NCBI GenBank assembly: GCA_950097015.1
Contig: CATNEN010000001.1
Span: forward strand, 7,998,001-8,062,000
Length of the DNA: 64,000 nt
Reading direction: 5' to 3'
Source: Macrostomum hystrix
Taxonomy: Eukaryota > Animalia > Platyhelminthes
Shown: one piece after another, positions 39,216-52,085 of the stretch
Layout of the letters: each line of letters begins with the position of its first letter
Position numbering within the stretch: position 1 is the stretch's first letter
Made by a program: the position numbers and the translations under genes
Notes under the pieces: model-generated
Databases searched by the model: none
What the model was told of the DNA's origin: nothing
Seen by the model: only the letters and a program-made list of their open reading frames with translations

Positions 39216-40384
39216 TCCATTACTTTTTTATAAAACTGCATGAACTTCTAAGAAAGTCTCCGTGAATTTCTAGGAAACTATATAGGTTGACAAATTCGAA
39301 GACACTGTGTTGTTTAGTATCAAAGTAACGGCAATTTTTTAGAAACAAAACCGTTCAGTAGAGACTTTTTAAAGAAATTTGTCAGTTTTTTAGGCAGTTT
39401 CTATGCATGCTGTCTATTGAAATTAAAAATCAAGTATTTTTTCTCGTTCAATTTAATTATTTCAATCCTACTTTTATCATTAACTCAATAATTTGAAAAT
39501 ATTCCATAAAAAGTATGAACATTTAAGGAACAATAACTTACTGGTTTCTTTGTAAGAAAAAAATTGGCATTTCAGTGCAATCCACTACTCCTATCAGTGC
39601 AATATTCACAATCTGTTCAATACCTTTTTCTCAATTATGCTCAACATTTTTTCGGGATGTTTGACCTTTACATTTTCCTGTTTTGTTAAAATCACGTTCC
39701 TGTTTTTTTGTCGTTCATTTTTTTCATTCGGAAACTCGAAAAAACTGTTTTTTTCTCACTTCTTATTCGGATATTTGTCATATATTCGGTTTTTATAATT
39801 GCTTTGTTTGCTGACCTACTTTTTAGGATATTTGATATTATGACAGTAGTTTTAAGGGTTTTTGTAGTTTTTGTATTAGGATTAAACGTGCTTAAAATAG
39901 GTCTATGATTTTAAGAAAGATTGTTTGCACATATTTATTTTTATCTACGATTCTACGTTCGACAAGCAATTTTTATTGCTTTTTTCAATACTTTATAAAC
40001 CGATTATTTAGTTAAAATTGCCAAATAATTTTTGGTGCCTACGAGCCGCAGAAACTTGATCTCTCTTTTTGCAGTTGATATTTACTATTTCTATATAAGC
40101 TGCCAACATTATATTCGTCACATTTTTCTTGAAACGATTAGTTTTTTATTGGCGTTGACGCTATTGAAACACGACTAATTGATACGAAAATTAGTAATTG
40201 TTTGACTCTCTATGCTCATTTTTTTGGATTGTACATACATTTGCATGGCTTGTCAGTCAGCATCTAATCCTAACTTTTCCACAAACCTTTTTATAATAAA
40301 AAAATTTGCCACTGTTCTTGTCTTTGCCTTCTGCTTCAGTTTTTTTATCTATCTGTGATTATTTGTCGTAATGAAGTGACTCAG

Positions 40385-40820
40385 ATTATCTGCAGCCGTC
40401 TGATTGGTTGAAGAAGTGCCTTACATCTGCAGCCGTCTGATTGGTTGGGGAAGTGCCTTACATTATCTGCAGCCGTCTGATTGGTTAAATATGAAGTGAC
40501 TTATACTCTTGGCACCGTCGGATTGGTTGAAGAAGTGCCTCACATTATCTGCAGCCGTCTGATTGGTTAAATATGAAGTGACTTATACTCTTGGCACCGT
40601 CTGATTGGTTGAAGATGAAGTGACTTATAGTCTTGGCACCGTCCGACTGGTTGAAGATGAAGTAACTCAAATTCTCTGCTGCTTTCTGATTGGTTAAAGC
40701 CTGGATCTAAAAATATACGCTGCCATTTCCCCCGTCCATAGACCAATAATTTATCCGACAATCTGATTGGTTGCTGCTGATGTCCGTTTAATTCTCTGCT
40801 GATGTCTGATTGGTTAGTAA
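40385..40820. repeat. About 40-bp degenerate repeat, each unit with CTGATTGGTT (CCAAT box)
   Basis: About 9-10 occurrences of GATTGGTT or close variants. Confidence 0.8.
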
Positions 40821-41165
40821 TGAATGGAAACAAGTAATTTGTGATTCGGTGATTAAGATTCTCAGATGCAACATTTTGATTAATTTGACAAATATTTGAT
40901 CATCTAGCTTTATAAATTACATTTTATTTCATGCAAGACTGTATATTCTATCTAAAACGAGGTAGAGCTAACTACAAAGGACCAATTAAGGTGTACCACC
41001 AAACAGAGGATACAATAACAGACCTAAAAATATTTCTTTTAGTTATTTGATATGCAGAAAATGGATTTCAGCTCAACTCGTATAATTGTACTGCTCAATA
41101 AAATATTGCAACACAGATAATGTATTCGCTTCAGATATTAATCGAAGATGGTTGACAAGGAACTG

Positions 41166-43274
41166 TCACTGGCAGCCGTCTGCAAATGGAGCCAGCAGCT
41201 GCAGTGTCACTCGACCGTGCTCCATGTCAATGTTGCCACCAGCCAAATCGATGCAGTCGCTGCCACCGCAGAAGGAACCGCCGCCGCCTCCAGACTGAAA
41301 CCCGGAGATTCCCGACCCGCCTCCGCTGAAGCCTCCGCCGCCGCCACCTGCTCCAGATGTGGCGCCGAGTCCTCTGCCACTGCCGCCGCCGCCGCCTCCT
41401 CCGAAGCCGCCGTCGCCAGTGTTGCTGAACCCGGCGCTGCCACCGATCCAGTCGTCAGCCAGACTGCCGCCGGCATCACCGCAGTGGGCGTCTCTCCGCG
41501 GCTTGACGGCCTTGCCCAGCCAGCCGGCACCGCAGCCTCCGTGAGTGAACTCAGCCTTGGTGCTGTTCGGTTCGTTGGATCCTGGCTGTCCGTGCGAGCC
41601 GCCAAAGCCCCGATAGTCCGCCAAGCCGACGGAATCGGAGCCGTTCGTGCTCGACTGGCCGCTGGATGCTGGAAAAGTTTCTCTTCGCCTTTAATAAATT
41701 GGCATTCACTGCTACAGGCTGCACTGCTTCCACTCGACATCAACTGCTCACCATCGTAATAATGAGATGTGCCACCGCCACCGCCTGCCGCCACCAACAG
41801 AAGCCGGTCCTCGCTGCGATACACGAAGCTGCCTCCGCCACCGCCGGCTCCAGCCTTATCCAGATTTCCAGGTGACCCGGTCTGTCCCACCACAATTCTT
41901 AGCTGGGTGCCAGCCGTCAGGTTGAAGCTGCCAGCTGAGAGGGCGCCTCGGCCGCCGAGTTTCGGTGGTGAAACGATGGAGTTATTGCCTCCGCAGGCTC
42001 CGATGACCTCGATGCGGTAGCAGCCAGTCACGCTGATCACGGCGTGCTGGACGGAACCGTTTCGACCTTTGCTTGTGTCTGCAAATTGATTGGTATCGTT
42101 TAATTGTAATGTTATTCGAGTTCTTAAAAGTTCCTTCGTGAAAATGGAACATGATTATTCTTAATGCTCACTTGCAATGACATTGTTGTATCTATATTGG
42201 CTGTTCCTTAGCAGTTCTTGAAGCCCCTCAATCTTCCACACGTTTTCCAGTTTTTGGATTCCTAGGAACCTCCATACGTGGCTTTCTCGCGGACCAAGAG
42301 ACCTGGATGCGTCATTCACGACCAATAGCTGACAAAGACTACTGGATAGTCTGACAACGACGGCAGCGCAGTTTCGCTTTCGACACAGCATCAGACAGGC
42401 CGTCACGGACATTGGACCAGAAATAGCAATCAGATTGCTGCTAGTGCTTGGACTAATTACCAGCTGTCCAATGTGCGCCTCGTATTTTTTACGATTGTCT
42501 GCAATTCATTGACAAGAAATCGTGCGCATTTCATTAGCTTTTGATTAATAATGGAATTTATTTTTGCAGGAGGGCTGCGGGCAACGGCACATCGTATACT
42601 GTCACTAGTTAGCTAGAAGGCAACTCTACCCATTCCGCTGACTCCTGAGCACACACTCACACAGGTGTGTATATCTGCCCTGACTTTCTCATCGTCGGGC
42701 AGTGTACACTCTCACTGTGCCTTGGAGGTTGGCCCTTAAGGGCGTAAATTGCACGACAAGCCCCCAAGCCTTCTGTCTGCGGCTATCAAATAAACGTGGC
42801 CTCGCCGCGGAATCGAGCTCAGTGACCTTGGTGCGAGAGACAAACGCGTTTGACCGCTCCGCCACCCACCCCTCTGACTGAATGATGACACAGCTGTAAA
42901 AATGTTACCAGCATTTGCTGTGGTCTAAGTTTTGGTGACTGTAGTGGCCTCCCCAGTCCATGGACTGAACATCTGTACCAAACTGAGTAGCCAAACTGGG
43001 TCAGTATACTTTCTAATTAGTGAAGTGCGTTTTTCATTTTGCCACTGCCGTGCACTATCTTTTAGGCTTTGTCGCTAAAATAGATTTGTCAAGATTTGGT
43101 ACCTGCTTTAGCTGGGGAGAATAGAAGCGTTGAAGGGACGACAACACACGGAGGGTTCTTGGACGTTTTATGCATTAAGAAAATTATCTAGAAACACCGC
43201 TTACCTTGTCCCATGGTTTGATAACAGATGAGGCTTATTAAGAAAATTCTTCTGGAATAAAATGCTTTGGGCAT
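41166..43274 (-). CDS. Paralogue A: secreted PAN/Apple + ALK/LTK-type glycine-rich domain protein, about 408 aa
   Basis: Exons 43274-43205 (MPKAFYSRRIFLISLICYQTMG), 42498-42172 (CLMLCRKRNCAAV...CQL), 42078-41752 (TGCYRIEVIGACGG...GGRGA...IVVGQ...GGGGGSFVY...LLVAAGGGGG), 41668-41166; all introns phase 1. Confidence 0.85.
42550..42870 (-). mobile_element. SINE family 2 copy in paralogue A intron 1
   Basis: Minus strand GGTGGCGGAGCGG...GAGCTCGATTCCGCGGCGAGGCCAC...GCAGCCCTCCTGCAA. Confidence 0.8.
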
Positions 43275-44029
43275 GATTGTCTGGTCTACAAGAGTTCGGA
43301 CGAACTATTAAACTTTAAAGGGTTTGAAAATCCTGCAGTCAGACTTAAATTATTTTCATGTGACAAACTCACCAATGAAGCAATTTGTTGCAGGTAAAAT
43401 TTCAAGTGGTTTTTGAAAATTCTGTGTTAGCTTAGATTCCTCACTGTTAAAAGTGTCATTAAATCGAAGAGTAGCCAATTAGTCGATAAGTGGCGCTTAG
43501 AAAGTTGGGAAAATTCTCATATGCTTAATGCATCAATTAAAATTCTTGAAACTCGTTGCAGAAATGGAAATGGAATGGAATTCGTTGCACAGCGCTTATT
43601 AACAGACCCAGACTTAGTGGATAATTAAACTTTTTAGTAGGGCTGCGAAAAACTTCAGGTTTCGACGTCGTGAAAGTTTTGGCTTGTGAAAGAGACCCGG
43701 TACAATAAGAAACAACCGATAAAGAAGAATCGGCACTATACAGACATGAGGTCATGCGGTCACTACGAGTAATGCATTCTCGCATTTAACACAATGAAAA
43801 CTTGGAAAACTGCTCCAAATAGGGAATTTTAAGCAGAATCAACGGAAGCCATCAAGAAACCCGACCCCATCAACTTTGCCACTTTACAAAGTTGCGCATT
43901 GTGCCTCAACACCAATCTATCACGCTTGTGACCCAATTAATGCAATGCTTTTTGAATTATAAGCATGCTCCTCTAGAAAAAAATAAGAAGAAGTTTTAAC
44001 TATTTATTATCGGCGCTAGTTTTGTTAAA

Positions 44030-46561
44030 ATGCATTCCACCCTGCTAATCTTCGCCCCGATTTTAGTCTTCTCGAATGCCGGAGACGGTAAGCTACACTT
44101 GCCATGATGATAGTTTGAGCGAATCAAATAACCTTTGGTCGTTTCTCAAACGCAATTTGTAGGCATTTTTGCGTGGTTTTGAAGGCCATAAGAAAACAGT
44201 TTTTCATTCAAATAAAAGCTTAAAGCTTATCAATTTTAGAAAGCCTTTGATTTTACGGATTTATCTATTGTTATAACGAGCTCCTACTTATTTATTTCAT
44301 TAACATGTTTTACCATTAATTTGCTAATATTTGTAGGAGGGCTGTTAAGATCTAAAATATCGTTTTGCTTTGATCCACAACCAACGAGGAGGCTATGACC
44401 ATTCTCATGACTTCTGAACACACACGCACACACACACTCAGATACTGTCACACACTCACACGCTGTATGAGTTGGTCAGTGTACACTCTCACTGTGCCTT
44501 AGCGGTTGGGCCCTAATGGCGTTGATTGCACAGCAAGCCCCCCAAAGCCTTCTCTCCGCGGCTGCGCCCCAAATGAATGTTGATTCACCGTGGAATCGAG
44601 CTCAAGGACCTTCGTGTGATGGGCAAACAAGTTAACTACTGTGTCGCTCAACCTTGTCACGAGCGATAAAATGCATGTATTATCCCTAAAATGTTAGCTT
44701 CCAGATTGAAATATGTGGCCCACAATGGCATCATCGAGATCAACTCTATGACCAGCAGCGAGCTGATTAACATCACCGATGCGACATCAGAGCCTGGCTG
44801 CCTCTGGCTGTGCCGAAACAGACAATGCGCTGCGGCAGTTTTCACGAAGGCATCCGACACCTGTCAGCTTTTGATCGTTAACGATGCTTCGAAAGCCTTT
44901 GGACCGCCACGAAGTCACGTGCGCAGAGTCCTGAGTGCCAATGTGAATGCGAAAATTTGGACAATGGATGCACTGCAAGACATGCTAAGCAAGAGACAGT
45001 TCAGCTTCCAACTTCTACTGACAAGTGAGTTTTGTGGAAACATGCTGTGTTTGGTAGGACAGACACCAAGCTTTGGTAGGACAGACACCAAGCTCTGGTA
45101 GGACAGACACCAAGCTTTGGTAGGATAGACACCAAGCTCTGGTAGGACAGACACCAAGCTTTAGTAGGACAGACACCAAGCTTTGGTAGGACAGACACCA
45201 AGCTTTGGTAGGACAGACACCAAGCTTTGGTAGGACAGACACCAAGCTTTAGTAGGACAGACACCAAGCTTTGGTAGGACAGACACCAAGCTTTGGTAGG
45301 ACAGATAGCAAGATGGCATGATTAAAAACACATAAAACATTTGCAGACTCAAGCACTGGAAGGCATGGCTCTATTCAGAGCGCACTAATAAATGTAACCG
45401 GCTGCTACCAAATCAGGGCCATTGGTGCCAATGGCGGCAATGTGGTGCAGGCTCAATACGGTGGTCGCGGAGGTCTTATCGAAGGTCATTTCCCATTGAT
45501 AGCTGACAGTGTTCTTTCTGTTGTTGTTGGCCAGGCGGGTGGCTCGACAATGACCCTAGCAGCTGGCGGCGGAGGCGGCGGCGGAGGCAGTTTTGTGTAC
45601 CTGCAGGCTGAGAGAAATATTCTGTTAATTGCTGCGGGTGGCGGCGGAGGTGCTGGACCTGAAGTTCCAGGTAAGTTATACGGCCTGCATTTAGAACTGC
45701 AGGGGTCGGCAAACTCCGGCCCTCGAAGCTCCCAAATCCGGCCCGTAGCCCCATTCAACACCTACAGTATCTTGTCTCATCTTTCCCTTGTCTCATCTCT
45801 CTCTCATCTGGAGACGGAGAGTCTCATCTCTCCTCGGTATCATCTCTTCCCTGCCTTATCTCTCCTGTCTCATCTATCCTGTGCCTCATCTCTCCTTTAC
45901 AGCCAGAGGCATAGTTGCAAACCATATTGCAACTTGAGTTCAGAAGCACTAAGAAATAAAAAAAATTAATGGGACTAAATTAAAAATATCAGAAAAGGCT
46001 TTCATATAAAAAATTCATGCATAAACTGTGACAGGCAAGCCAGGTCAGGCAGGCATTAACGGTAGCAACACTGCCGATGAAACCAATAAAGTTAGCGGCT
46101 TCGGTGGCGTCAACGGTTCTTCTGGATTTCACAATCCCGACTTGATTTCGTCGAGCGACAACCGCGGCGGCTGCGGCGCCGGCTGGCTGGGCAAGGCTAG
46201 CTATTTATGGCAACTTAACAGTGCTGAAGGCGAACATGGCGGTGGCCTGCTGGACGGCTGGGTCGGCGGCCGCCCCGGAAACGGAAACACCGGCGATGGC
46301 GGCTTCGGCGGAGGCGGAGGCGGCGGTTTCGGTAGCCAAAGCAGTGGTGGAGGTTCAGGAAGTTTTAAAGGAGCTGCAGGTGGTGGCGGAGGCTACAGCG
46401 GTGGCGGAGCTTCCGTATTTGGCGGCATTGCAGGCGGCGGCGGTGGCTCGTTCTGCGGTGGCATCGGCTGCTTCGCTGTCACCGGCGGTGGCAACGAAAG
46501 CAGCAAGCATGGTCGCGTGGAGCTTCGGCTGCTCGCTCTCTTTGCGGATCGCTGCGACTGA
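44030..46561 (+). CDS. Paralogue B: secreted PAN/Apple + ALK/LTK-type glycine-rich domain protein
   Basis: Exons 44030-44087 (MHSTLLIFAPILVFSNAG), 44698-45024 (CLWLCRNRQCAAAVF...CQL), 45347-45670, 46035-46561. Confidence 0.85.
44325..44655 (-). mobile_element. SINE family 2 copy in paralogue B intron 1
   Basis: Shares CAGTGTACACTCTCACTGTGCCTT and GGAATCGAGCTCA with the 42550 copy. Confidence 0.75.
45050..45305. repeat. 22-bp minisatellite TTGGTAGGACAGACACCAAGCT
   Basis: About 11 units filling paralogue B intron 2. Confidence 0.95.
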
Positions 46562-46667
46562 TGGAAGGCGGATCCGGAACGTTTGTTTAAGAACTGAAGG
46601 CTACATAACCTATAAGTGATTTAAAAAATATGCAACTTAAAAAGCGCTTTAAAATTAAAAAAATCTA

Positions 46668-46860
46668 GGGCTGATTGGCAGAGACCGAGTCAAACTCTCG
46701 CATTGAGGCCCCTGAGCTCGAATCCACGGCGAGGCCATATTTACTCAGCGAGCAGCAAATGGAGTGAAGACTTTGAAGCCTGTCGTTTAATTTACGTCTA
46801 TCAGGCACAACCCCAATTTCATGATCAGATCAGTCACTGCCTGACGATGAGAAAATCATA
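46668..46860 (+). mobile_element. Degenerate SINE family 2 copy
   Basis: CCTGAGCTCGAATCCACGGCGAGGCCAT. Confidence 0.6.
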
Positions 46861-47674
46861 GAGATGTACTAACTAATTAATGGGCTTTATGTATCTATTG
46901 TGTGTGTCTGTGTGTGGTAAAATGCCCTGCTTGTTTGCTACCGGGCGAATCCCGTAAATTGATTAGCAAGGCGCTCAGAAAATATATTTATATTACGTTT
47001 CATGATAAAGCTTTAAAAAATATATTTTCTTATTCTCTTATTATCTTCTCAAACATAGCAATAACTGTTTTGTGAACCAAGCTAGTTAGAAAAATATTTT
47101 TTAAGTGCAGCTATCTTGGAGTGAACAAATTAACAATGCAACTATCATTCAATTCTTCGAAAAAGACAGAATGCTGATTCTAAAAAAATGTGCGCATTAA
47201 AAAACTATCGGTTGTGAAAGACAACTGCAAAATCGACGAAACAAGGTAAATAGATAAAAAAATAGAAAATAGATAAAATTCCAGCGTCGGTAATTCTTCA
47301 AGAAGTACGACCTAAGCTAAGTGTCATAAAAATTTTGACTCAACCACTTGCGGATTGTTAAACAGCTCGATGTTTTCCCATTTCGGTAGTTCATCGGATC
47401 CAAACAATGGTTTCAATTGCGCTCTTAAAGCAGGATGCTGAATGGCGAAGAAGTCAAGGAGTCGTTTTCTACTCAGAACTCAGGATACTTCACGTGATGA
47501 AAAGACTGCACCTCACATGATATCGCGTAAATAGATGTGAAAAAGAAGTAAGTTGCTTCATTATCGATTAGAATTAGGCATCAGGTCTATTGCTAGAGTC
47601 GTTGAAACTAAATAAGAACCAAGAGGAAGATTCATTGTGGCGTAGCATTCGTTGTGGTGGAGCTAAAAGCAGTA

Positions 47675-50600
47675 ATGCCGGCGAAGTTGCTTTCGATTGC
47701 AGTTCTGTTCTGTGGCCTAGCTGAAGGTAATAAAATTATTCAAGTTTTATATATAGCCAACAAAAACTAACAAGCTTTTATAGAAAACAAAAACACTAGA
47801 ACAATTCGCTTACGAGTATATGCATTTCGTTCTTCACTTTTAAATGATCAGTGATCTCATGCTCTTGCCTGGACTACAAGCTGAACACAGGCTCAGTCAT
47901 GCTTTCCGCTGCCATCAGCAGCGAGTTGACCAACTTCACGAGCTCGCAGACGGAGTCGGACTGTGTGACAATGTGCCACGTGAGAAGGTGTGTCGTGGCC
48001 ATTTTCACTGCCGTTAGCCGCCTCTGCCAGCTCGTGAGCGTGAACGACGCGTCCAAGGAAATCGGACCGACTGGCACCCACGTGCGACGACTCCTGGGGT
48101 CCGAAGCCGGCCAGAGAGTGTGGACGGTGGAGGGACTCGAGGAGCTGCTGCGACTGAGGCAGTTCAACGTTTCTACAGCCATGGTTTTCGGCAGTAAGTG
48201 AAATAACATTCAGTATGCACGCCACATTGTAAAACGCTCAAGTGTGCAGATAGAGGATGTCTATGGTTCAACCTCAAAACCGACCGTCAGTGACTATATT
48301 TTAATGAACAATTAAACGGGACAACGGTATAACAAAAAACGTGCATGTGAAGGAATCGTCATTTTCGCAATAATTTCCATGTCAAATTAGACATCGAGTA
48401 CCCAGCATCAGACAACTCCTTTATGACCGTCGGGCGAACACAATGAGCCGTGTAACGCTTGCTCAAACCGGCAACCTCCGACAATTTTGTCATCATGGTT
48501 GCTATGGTATCAAAACCAGTCGCTTGTGACGCGCAATACCAACTTGAGTTCTTCCACCTGCTCGTTTTAGGTTCCAAGAGAAACAGTTCAGTACACGTTG
48601 AGATTGAGATTGAGGGCGAAGAATAACGCCGTTTGTCTAGATACATCCTGAGCGCGGCTTCGGGTCGATTTTCAGCAGTCTCGATCAGCAGCGCTTCCTT
48701 AACATCGTCACATGCGTCCCGACCGAGTGCATTGCCTACATTCTTACCTTTGAGAGCCAGCAGGCGCACTGCTTGCTTCCTGTTATGTAGTGACTTGCAG
48801 CCAGCGCGTATACGCTGAGTACACCGCGCTGGCAGCTGTCTGTTAACTGGCTGAATATCATTTCATTGTGCGGTGCAGCCATGTGCAGCCAGCGCGCGTA
48901 CGCTGAGTACACCGCGCTGGCAGCCGTCTGGTTAACTGGCTGACTTTCAAATCATTGTTCGCTCTATTTTATCACCCCCTAATCCTTACACCCAACGTGC
49001 CGTCGCATAAAATATATATCGCCGTTCTCAGGAGCGTGGAGCTCTGACTGTTACGTTTCGTTCTAAATACCACCAGTCTAGACTTATTTCACCTCCCATC
49101 CGACATTGTCTCGAAAACGAACCCGTCTTCCTTTAGATCCCTTAGCCGTTCCCGACCGCGATTCCCGAAATATTAAATCAGGTTATAAAAACCCTCGTGC
49201 CGCAAAGCCGTTGAAGCCTACCTGTCAAATTATCGCGATAATTCTTGCACGTCCTCGAGTTCAATAGGTAATGCTTCGCGCGATCACCCTCAGAAATAGC
49301 TGCACGCATGCAGATTAGCGAGACTGGCGAATAATATCCCCGTCTGTCCTACGAGCCGTGCCGAAGAACAATCGCAGCACACGCTTGAGGTCCTCCGGCT
49401 CAGCCGTCATCAAGTCAATCTTTAACGACGGGGTCGATGTCATGAAGACGTACTGACGTATTGATACTGATACGTACCTCACGGGCCATGGCTGCTACGC
49501 CAGACACTGTTTCCTCCGTGGAGACCTCCGGAGTGAGCTGTGCCCGTTCTGCAACCTTGAGAACGAGGATGCCCTGCACTTCGTCTGTCACTGCCCTTTC
49601 TTCACCAGAGAGAGGCTTAATTACCTCGGACCAAACCCATCCATGGACGACGTTTGCAGATCCGAGAACATCCCGCGGCTCGTCCGGTTCCTAAGGGCTA
49701 CCTGACGAGCCTCTTTCTTCCCCAGCGAGGAACAAGCTGCAGGAAGGACCGAACACGGACCTCCCTGACTGGCCCCGCGCCATCGGCCGACTGCGGGTCT
49801 TTCAGGGATCAGCGGAATGGGCGACTCCCGCCTCCCCGCTGTGTCCATCGGACCGCCCTGCTGATAAGTCAAGATCCGTCTGACGTTTTGTATTAACACT
49901 CGTGACACTAACCACTAGCTCGTCTATTGATCTCTCGAGGTCTTCAACGCTTTTCGAGCAGACGAACATGCCATCGAGGTCAATTTTTTCGGGCCAGCGC
50001 AAACTCGACATCTGTATTCATCGGTTGCTCGATTTGCTTTTCCACAAGGCGCTCCTCGGTTTGCAGCTGAAGGAGAACATCAATCTGTGAAGACGGCAAC
50101 CAAGATATGGCTTCTCCAGGTAGTTTCTTGTAGTAAACATAGTAAATGCGCTTAACTAGTGGCTCCATGGTATTGCTGTATATTGTGTGATTTCTCTGCT
50201 CCTCACAGAACTTCAAATCCTCTTATTGATATAGCTATATCTATGGCAGGGAAAGAGGGGCGAGGGGGGTCAGCGGCTAACGTCGCTGCCTCGCACTCCA
50301 AAGGACGCTAGTTCGATTCACCCTTCAGGTCACGATTAATTTCGGTACTTGTTGGGGGGGTTTGGACAGTAGCGACCGGCGGAGGTGCACCATATTTCGT
50401 GCAATCAAAACTTGAAAAATAGCTTCGCTCATACCTTTCTGTGTGCCTGTTCTGCGTTGTATGAGTTATGTGCGTTGGCGCTGGGGCGTTAGACCTTGCG
50501 GGGGGTGGCTGGGGGGCGGGTGTACACCGCCGCGCGCTCATCTGGATTTCCGTCAGCGCGATTGGATAAAGTGTACACTCGTCACCCGCCCCCCCTGAGG

Positions 50601-52085
50601 ACTGATTTCTATCAGCCTTGCGCCCCGGCTTGGTCTGCTCTGTGCGTGTGCGGGCCTGGGGTGAGAGGCACTCCGGCTGCCGCCCCCTTCCCCGCTTGGC
50701 TTGCTGCTGCGTGTGTGAGGTGCCTGCTCAGGGGAGGCGGCGCGATGGGCGGCTCTCGCCTAGTTCGCCGGCCTGGGGCATGCCGTTCCTGTGTTTGTGC
50801 GTCAAGTGCCCCAGGCCCCCCTGCAAAGTAAGTAATGGCAGGGAGAGTCCTGTTCTTCAAACCTTTTTATAGTAAACAAAAAGTGTACAGATAATAGATG
50901 TCTATATATGGCAACGAGGACGACTATTTCGCGTTCCTAAAATGCGTCTAACACTAAATTTTTGCGCACTCGTGCAAGGCGTTAACAACACTCTGAAGTT
51001 AGTGTCCCTCATACTGTCGAGTGCAATTTAGGAGGCAGCTTCAAAAGCCAAATGCAAAAGGAAAACTAAAGAAATCACAAGGTTACAAGGTAACTCACCT
51101 GTTACCGCACGAAGCAACTGGCTTTTTGAACTATGTATCACACGACACACATGCGTGCAGAAATGTGTCAAATATTTATCACGCAGACTCGAGCTCCGGC
51201 AGAAGCGGCTCGATCCAGCATGCCCTCATCAACCTCACTGGCTGCTACCGCATCGAGGTCGTCGGTGCCTGTGGCGGCAACAATAACGTTCTCGGCTTCC
51301 GAGGAGGCAGAGGAGCTCTGGCTGCAGCCAGCTTCGTCCTGACGGCTGGCACCTGGCTGGCAATTGCTGTGGGACAGGCTGGAGTTTCTGTTGACAACCA
51401 AGACGCTGGAGCTGGCGGTGGCGGAGGCAGCTTCGTGTACAGGAAGAACGACAGTCGGCTGCTGATTGCGGCTGGTGGGGGCGGAGGCGCCTCTTCGTTC
51501 ATGGCGGGTGAGTTGCGAATGAAATACTGAAAGATCTCGCGTCAGTAATCGAATGCACCATTGCTGGCAGGAAAGCATGGAAACGCGGGTGTGAACGGCA
51601 GTGACTCACAGGGCAAGAGCTCCTACAATGTGGGTCACGGTGGAGCAAATGGCAACCCTGGAACAAATGATCCGACTATTTACGACACCGAAAACAACCA
51701 CGGAGGCTGTGGTGCTGGCTGGTTGGGCGGCCCTCGCATTGCCATCAGAAGCTCGCTGTGTGGCGAAGGAGGAGGCGGTCTGACCGACGGATGGGTTGGC
51801 GGCCTCGCTGGCAGGGAGACATCCGTTCTCGGCTCGAGCGGCGGCGATGGCGGTTTCGGCGGAGGAGGCGGTGGCGGAGCTGCCGCGAGTTACGGAGCGG
51901 CCGGAGGAGGCGGAGGCTTCAGCGGAGGCGGCGCCGGAATGGGTGGCAGCAACGCCGGAGGTGGCGGCGGCTCGTTCTGCGGCGGCAGCGGCTGCGTCTC
52001 CGTCATCGGGGGCGGCAACGCGGGCAGCGAGCACGGCCGTTTGACGCTGAAGCTGCTGGCTCCTCTGGCTGACAGCTGCGGATGA
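47675..52085 (+). CDS. Paralogue C: secreted PAN/Apple + ALK/LTK-type glycine-rich domain protein
   Basis: Exons 47675-47726 (MPAKLLSIAVLFCGLAE), 47852-48193 (CVTMCHVRRCVVAIF...CQL), 51187-51507, 51571-52085. Confidence 0.85.
48359..48769 (-). pseudogene. Tyrosine-recombinase fragment (Crypton/DUF3504-like) in paralogue C intron 2
   Basis: LRMYLDKR...LFL.P...WY...G.DTI..MM..LSEVAGLSKRYTAHCVRPT.I..L.DAG matches the Crypton YT(N)HxxR box; truncated before the catalytic Tyr. Confidence 0.7.
49478..49705 (+). pseudogene. 3' end of a non-LTR retrotransposon ORF2 (I/Loa-like zinc knuckle)
   Basis: Frame absent from the ORF track: LTGHGCYARHCFLRGDLRSELCPFCNLENEDALHFVCHCPFF...LVRFLRAT*. Confidence 0.75.
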
